The notes below the pieces were generated by a model. That model ran no database searches and was not told where the DNA came from. It worked only from the letters and a program-made list of their open reading frames with translations. 64,000 nucleotides of DNA, from positions 32,001 through 96,000 of the IMG/VR virus record IMGVR_UViG_3300022924_000016; one strand, written 5' to 3'. This stretch comes from a virus. The translations under genes and the position numbers were made by a program. Each line of letters opens with the position of its first letter. Positions within the stretch are counted from its first letter, which is position 1. Below, piece after piece: positions 59,074 to 64,000 of the stretch.

Positions 59074-61371
59074 TTGAGCTGTAATATAATAAGAGAAAAT
59101 GGAGAAATAAGAGTAGTGACGGATCAAGATACTCCGTCATTGCTTTTCCAGGAGCTAAAAGAAAAATTCACCCAAGAAGAAGCTTTAGAAATCTATAAGG
59201 CTTCTAAATCAGAGGCTTTTGAAACTGTCAACAGAGCTAAGAATGCTTTATTATACTCAGTGAACCAAACTGATGTAAGACTTTCTAGGCAAATCAATGG
59301 AAACTCAATCTCCTATATTCCGACAATCAGAGGAAAAAGAATAGGAACTTTGAGGATAAAAGGGGACAGGGTAGATATGATAACTATTTATGACGCTTTC
59401 AAAGGCAAAGGATACGGAAAGAGTCTTTACAAGCAAGTGGCTAAAGATTTATTTCAGAGAGGAGTACAGCTAAAAAGCGATAATGCTTCAAGTCAAGATG
59501 ATTTGAATGTGTGGGAGTCCCTTGTGAGAGATAATCTTGCCGAGCAGACACCGGACGGCAGATATCAGTTCCTACTCCAAAACAGCTACCCAAACGGCGA
59601 ACCCTCAATGCAAAGCGTCTTAGAATTCCTAAGAAATCAAAACCGCACACAAAGGGAACTTGACACAGAGGAAAGAATAGAACTTAAAAATTTATCTTTA
59701 GGATTTCAAGGAGATTTAAAAGCGGAGATGAACAGGGTATTTTATGACCAAGAAAATTTTTTTACAATAGTCCCGCAAAAAATGCAATCTTTATATTCGC
59801 AATATGAAATTGACAGGATTTTGAAATCACCAAGCCTGCAAAATCAAATAAAAGAAAGTTTAGAAGCATTTCAAAATACGGAATTTGATTTAGTTACAGA
59901 ACAAGAGGTGCCACAAGAACAGTTAGTAAAATCAAGCACAATAGGAAAGTTTGGAAAAGCCCTTTATGAGAATCCAAACCGTCTAAAACAAGATTTGATG
60001 GAGGAAATTGCTGGCGTAGAGGAAGACATGTTTGAAGAAAATCCTTTTATAACTTTAGAAGAATCACAAGAATTTGTAAAAGCAAGAGTTTTAGCAGATG
60101 TAGACGGAACGATAGTAGAGCCTAATCTAGGAGACCGTTTAGCGATTTCGGCTACAATCTTAAAGAATCCTTATAAGGCTGTTTCTGCAATTGTCAAAAT
60201 TACAAATATCTCAGATGAAACTCTTCTAGAAAATCCACAAGAAACTTATAAAGCTCTGAGCAACATTGAAAACGAAGCCTTGAAAATGGGGATAGATGTC
60301 ATAGGAATAAAAGACCAAGCAGATAATCCAACTCTGAAACCTTTCTTAAATGCTTTAGGGGGTGTTATGGAAAATCCCATAGAAGAAAACTTGGCAACAT
60401 TTTCTAAACTCTACTCAGAATTCTTTCCAAGGCAAATCCAAGAAACAAAAGCAATAAGACAGCCTAATGACAGAGATTATATCTACCTAAGAACAGCTTT
60501 GAGTGAGGGTGAAGTTTTCAATCAAATAGGGGCGATAAAAAAAGCGGAAAACGTTTATGTTCAAGTTAATGATAAAACTTTAGAAGAACTCTATGAAATA
60601 GCTTCATATTACAACCCAAGCCTCACACAACAGGAGAACCAAAGACAGGCTCTGAGAATAGAATCGCCCGAAAGAGAAACAGCAGAAAAAATAAATTTAT
60701 TTAAAACTATTTTAGGTTTCGAGGGTGTAAATGAGGGAATTAGTGAGGGTATGAACGAAACTGCTTTCACAGGAAACTACGAATACCTTACAAATGATTT
60801 CGTGGCAGAATTCAATATAAAATCCCTAAGAGAAAAGAAAAAGAATTCTCCAATGTGGCTCAATTTCTATTCAAATTTTGAAATTAATGAGCAAGGTATA
60901 AATTTAAAATATACAGACGACTCAACACTGTCAACAGTAGAAGAGTTAGCTGATGAAAATTTAAGGCAGTACTCTTTGATTTCAAAACAAATGCCGAATC
61001 TGAACCAAACTACTTTAGATGAGAATCCAGATATATCTCAAAAAGAAAGAGATTTTTACGTGAACAATCCACAGATGGCACCTCTGATGCAAAGTCCCAC
61101 AATAGTAGATTCAGAAACCCTAATATCGGATAGTCAAGAAAGGTTCACTAAAAGACAAGATGGAAGTTTATGGGAAAATGTGTTCACTCAAAATGGCAAA
61201 AGCTTATTTAAAAGACAAATGGTAAACAGATCGCAATACAATACCTTTGGAAACCCAAAACCACAATTTAATGAATATGACTTTGACTTGAAAGCAAGCA
61301 TGTCAGATAATTCAAATGTTAAAGATTCCCTAAAAGCAAAAAATATATTAAAAGAAAGTTTTGATTGTTAA
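59074..61371 (+). CDS. Ejection protein (765 aa) with N-terminal GNAT acetyltransferase domain
   Basis: FKGKGYGKSLY acetyl-CoA motif, then LKSD...VWESL; Cys only at position 3 and the C-terminus. Confidence 0.65.
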   Translation: MSCNIIRENGEIRVVTDQDTPSLLFQELKEKFTQEEALEIYKASKSEAFETVNRAKNALLYSVNQTDVRLSRQINGNSISYIPTIRGKRIGTLRIKGDRVDMITIYDAFKGKGYGKSLYKQVAKDLFQRGVQLKSDNASSQDDLNVWESLVRDNLAEQTPDGRYQFLLQNSYPNGEPSMQSVLEFLRNQNRTQRELDTEERIELKNLSLGFQGDLKAEMNRVFYDQENFFTIVPQKMQSLYSQYEIDRILKSPSLQNQIKESLEAFQNTEFDLVTEQEVPQEQLVKSSTIGKFGKALYENPNRLKQDLMEEIAGVEEDMFEENPFITLEESQEFVKARVLADVDGTIVEPNLGDRLAISATILKNPYKAVSAIVKITNISDETLLENPQETYKALSNIENEALKMGIDVIGIKDQADNPTLKPFLNALGGVMENPIEENLATFSKLYSEFFPRQIQETKAIRQPNDRDYIYLRTALSEGEVFNQIGAIKKAENVYVQVNDKTLEELYEIASYYNPSLTQQENQRQALRIESPERETAEKINLFKTILGFEGVNEGISEGMNETAFTGNYEYLTNDFVAEFNIKSLREKKKNSPMWLNFYSNFEINEQGINLKYTDDSTLSTVEELADENLRQYSLISKQMPNLNQTTLDENPDISQKERDFYVNNPQMAPLMQSPTIVDSETLISDSQERFTKRQDGSLWENVFTQNGKSLFKRQMVNRSQYNTFGNPKPQFNEYDFDLKASMSDNSNVKDSLKAKNILKESFDC

Positions 61372-61389
61372 TAAAGTTTACTATATTTG
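61360..61389 (+). promoter_or_regulatory. Bacteroidota promoter for the methyltransferase
   Basis: TTTG-N18-TATATTTG, 16 nt before the ATG. Confidence 0.6.
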
Positions 61390-61405
61390 CTGAAAATATA
61401 AAAAT

Positions 61406-62326
61406 ATGGATAGAGGAATAAATGTTTTTGGAGCTTTTGATGGAATGAGTAATGGTCAAATAGCTTTAGAAAAACAAGGAATTAAAGTAAATAAATATTA
61501 TGCTTCTGAAATTGAAAAAGAGCCTATAGTTATAACGCAAAAAAATTATCCAAACACAATTCAATTAGGAAGTATTACCGAAATAGAGAATATTGATTGG
61601 CCAGCAAGGAAGATTGATCTATTTATAGGAGGAAGCCCTTGTCAAAATTTCAGTTTTGCAGGCTCTGCACAAGGATTGAGACAAGATAATATAGAAATTA
61701 CAAATCTAGAAAAGTATAATAAATTAAAACAAGAGAATTTTGTCTTTGAGGGACAATCTTATTTGTTTTGGGAATATGTTAGACTTTTAAAAGAGGTTCA
61801 AAAAGTGAATCCTCAAGTAAAGTTCCTCTTAGAAAATGTCAAGATGGCAAAAAAATGGGAGAATGTAATTACAGAAGCTTTGGGTGTAAAACCAAAAGAA
61901 ATAAATTCAAAACACTTTTGTGCCCAAAATCGACCTAGACTATATTGGACTAACATACAAATAGACAGTTTACCAAATAATGGCGATGTTATAAAAGACA
62001 TACTAGAAAAAGATGCAGATTTTAATTTCAACTATGCAGGATGGATGCTAAATAAATGGGGTGAAAAAAGAAGATTGGATCAATTCTTTAATGTAGATAA
62101 TAAAGCTAGTTGTTTAACTGCAAACATGGCAAAAGGTCAAAAACCAAGCTACTGTGTAAATGACGAAAAAGCAATACATAAATTTACAGTTAATGAATGC
62201 GAAAGGCTCCAAACAGTACCCTTTGATTACACGAAAGGTGTTTCTAATGGAGCAAGATATAAAATGCTCGGTAACGGTTGGACAGTAGATGTCATAGCCC
62301 ATATATTTAAAAACTTAAAACAATAA
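61406..62326 (+). CDS. dcm: C5-cytosine DNA methyltransferase
   Basis: FDGMSNG (I), GGSPCQ (IV), LLENV (VI), QNRPRLYW (VIII), ECERLQ (IX), YKMLGNGW (X). Confidence 0.93.
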   Translation: MDRGINVFGAFDGMSNGQIALEKQGIKVNKYYASEIEKEPIVITQKNYPNTIQLGSITEIENIDWPARKIDLFIGGSPCQNFSFAGSAQGLRQDNIEITNLEKYNKLKQENFVFEGQSYLFWEYVRLLKEVQKVNPQVKFLLENVKMAKKWENVITEALGVKPKEINSKHFCAQNRPRLYWTNIQIDSLPNNGDVIKDILEKDADFNFNYAGWMLNKWGEKRRLDQFFNVDNKASCLTANMAKGQKPSYCVNDEKAIHKFTVNECERLQTVPFDYTKGVSNGARYKMLGNGWTVDVIAHIFKNLKQ

Positions 62327-62327
62327 A

Positions 62328-64000
62328 ATGGCTTGTGAAATAATTTATAAGAATGGTAGACAAGTTGGAGTAAACGCTCCTGATGGCAGACCTTCTTTAG
62401 TTTTCAATCAAATACTCAATATCCCACATATCCAAGACTTTCAAGAAGCTCTAAAAGGGTATACAAATCTTTTAGCGGATAATAACAATGAAGAATCTCC
62501 AATCAGCTTTCAAAACCAAGGTCAAGAATTTCAAACTTTAAAAGAGGCTCTTAAAAACAGCCAACCAAATTCTGAAATCCAAGTAGTTACAAACGGAAAG
62601 TCTTTTATGACAATTGACACTACAATAAATCCTCAGACTCGTTCAGGACTTTTAAATTCCCTAATCAAAGAAGACATTCTGACGGGAAATTCTTTTTTAG
62701 ACGTTGACGGCGCAAAAGTCTTAGAAGTAACAGGAAACAACGAACAGGAAAAAGCGGTCTACGCCGATGTAGCCAGAACAGTTTCAAAACGATATAAAGG
62801 TGCATTTTCAGCCTTAGTTGGACAGGATAATAATATTACTTTCAGAGAAAGACAGGAAGTTCCCAAATCAGAAACTTTTACCCAGCTTACTCAAAGATTT
62901 GATGAACCAACAGCAGTTTTTATCAAGACTTTAGAAGAAATAAGTTTGGAGACTAATGCAAATAATTCTGCTTTAGAAGAGATTCAAATCATTCCTGAGA
63001 ATCAGCTACAAGAAAAACTATTACAGCTACTAAACAAGTTAGGCGTAAAGACTACATCCATTGAAAAGTGGGCGGAAAAATACGCTCAAAAGAATGGTTA
63101 TGAACCATCGGCAAAAGCTCTAGCAGATTTGGCAAATAACATCGTAGCCTTTAAAGATGGTATTATCACGCAAGCAGATTTAACAGAGGAAGTGAGTCAC
63201 TTTATTATTGCAACTTTAGATGAGGAGCAGATAGCAAACCAAAAAAGAAATGTACATAGAACTAAAGAGTGGGCGGAATTTGCAGAACAATACTTCGAAA
63301 TCTACTCAGAGACTTTAGAGGGAGAAGGCTTAGAAGATGCTGTCAGAGAAGAAATTTTAGGAAAGGTTTTAGCTAATTCACTTTTAGATAATTTTGCAAG
63401 AGAAGGTGAAACTACTTTGGAAGGCGGTATTGTTGCAACTTTAAGAAACTTCTTCCAAGACTTCTTTAATAGAGTTTATGACTTCTTTCAGCCAAACTAT
63501 CAAACCCAACTAGAAACATTCACAGAACAAGTTTATAGAGACCTTATGAATGACTCCTTGGACGTAGATGTAAGAAACAAGGAGAACAAGTCTTATACGC
63601 TCTATAATTCAGCAGGACGTACAGCTTTAGCCCAAACTATTCAGAAGTCTTATGAAACACTTTTGAATCAGCAATATGCTCTAAGAAATTCTTCGGCGAA
63701 TAAAAATACCTTAAACAAATTAAAGCAGACAATTGCACTTACAGATGAAGCTTCCTTGAAAAATTCAACTCTACAATTAGTAGCAGTTGCAAATTCTCAA
63801 GCAAATTCACTTTTGAAATCTTTAGAAACCGCCGATAAAAATTCAAGACACTTCACGTCAGAAGAAAATGGAGTATTTCAATCAACAGTTTCAAGACTTG
63901 CTCCGATGCTAAGACAAATCAGAGAAAGCATAAATGACAAGGCTATTGCAAAACAGATCGATGATGTCCTGCAAAAGATTTCTACAATTGAAGGAAGAGT
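62328..64000 (+). CDS. Large ejection protein, runs off the window end; degenerate zincin-like motif
   Basis: Hand translation MACEIIYKNGRQVGVNAPDGRPSLVFNQI... open for 557 codons; LTEEVSHF followed about 50 aa later by REEILGK; not in the ORF track. Confidence 0.85.
   Translation, partial: MACEIIYKNGRQVGVNAPDGRPSLVFNQILNIPHIQDFQEALKGYTNLLADNNNEESPISFQNQGQEFQTLKEALKNSQPNSEIQVVTNGKSFMTIDTTINPQTRSGLLNSLIKEDILTGNSFLDVDGAKVLEVTGNNEQEKAVYADVARTVSKRYKGAFSALVGQDNNITFRERQEVPKSETFTQLTQRFDEPTAVFIKTLEEISLETNANNSALEEIQIIPENQLQEKLLQLLNKLGVKTTSIEKWAEKYAQKNGYEPSAKALADLANNIVAFKDGIITQADLTEEVSHFIIATLDEEQIANQKRNVHRTKEWAEFAEQYFEIYSETLEGEGLEDAVREEILGKVLANSLLDNFAREGETTLEGGIVATLRNFFQDFFNRVYDFFQPNYQTQLETFTEQVYRDLMNDSLDVDVRNKENKSYTLYNSAGRTALAQTIQKSYETLLNQQYALRNSSANKNTLNKLKQTIALTDEASLKNSTLQLVAVANSQANSLLKSLETADKNSRHFTSEENGVFQSTVSRLAPMLRQIRESINDKAIAKQIDDVLQKISTIEGR

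Noticed and set aside
60085-60125. VLADVDGT resembling HAD motif I or an RNAP DxDGD motif
   Set aside because: No other HAD motifs or RNAP context are recognisable; probably chance
1230-62302. Many short antisense or alternate-frame ORFs in the track (e.g. 16785-17186, 35253-35615, 56894-57262)
   Set aside because: They lie wholly opposite or inside long, well-supported genes and have shadow-ORF composition
1-64000. Stop-codon reassignment (TAG/TGA recoding as in some crAss-like phages)
   Set aside because: Genes are full length in code 11; TAG (37470) and TGA (12023) end genes at tight junctions; the single anomalous stop is TAA, the dominant stop codon
1-64000. tRNA, rRNA, CRISPR arrays, integrase/att sites
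   Set aside because: None recognised; intergenic gaps are short and explained by promoters and terminators

Overview
This window is a 64-kb segment of a lytic-type tailed dsDNA phage (podovirus-like) infecting a Bacteroidota host. A Flavobacteriia host is my inference. The morphogenetic module is organised like that of crAss-like (Crassvirales-related) phages. The minus-strand arm (1-8979) carries recombination/replication genes: RecA, a UvsY-like coiled coil, a NUMOD4-HNH endonuclease, an SF2 helicase, a Dam-family methyltransferase and a BT4734/PriCT primase-like protein. Divergent Bacteroidota-type promoters (TTTG-N19-20-TAnnTTTG) sit at the strand switch near 9.0-9.1 kb. The plus-strand arm carries small accessory genes, an intein-containing large terminase, portal, scaffold, major capsid protein, ring/adaptor proteins and tail fibres/spikes. 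It continues with an embedded lysis cassette, a 2458-aa muzzle/tail-hub protein, a run of large ejection (cargo) proteins and an inserted C5-cytosine methyltransferase. The most notable observations are as follows. (1) The large ejection proteins contain no cysteine except at their extreme termini (...TKC / MSC...FDC / MAC...), suggesting a head-to-tail disulfide chain. (2) Eight [MLYK]-[QE]-x-G-G motifs in two cargo proteins look like polyprotein cleavage sites. (3) A terminator/pseudoknot RNA switch lies in the leader of the primase-like gene. (4) An in-frame TAA truncates a major structural gene 25 codons early. (5) Enzyme or adhesin domains (SGNH esterase, vWA, GNAT, SLT, degenerate zincin) are grafted onto virion proteins. 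All family assignments come from motif recognition and gene order by eye; no database search was run.
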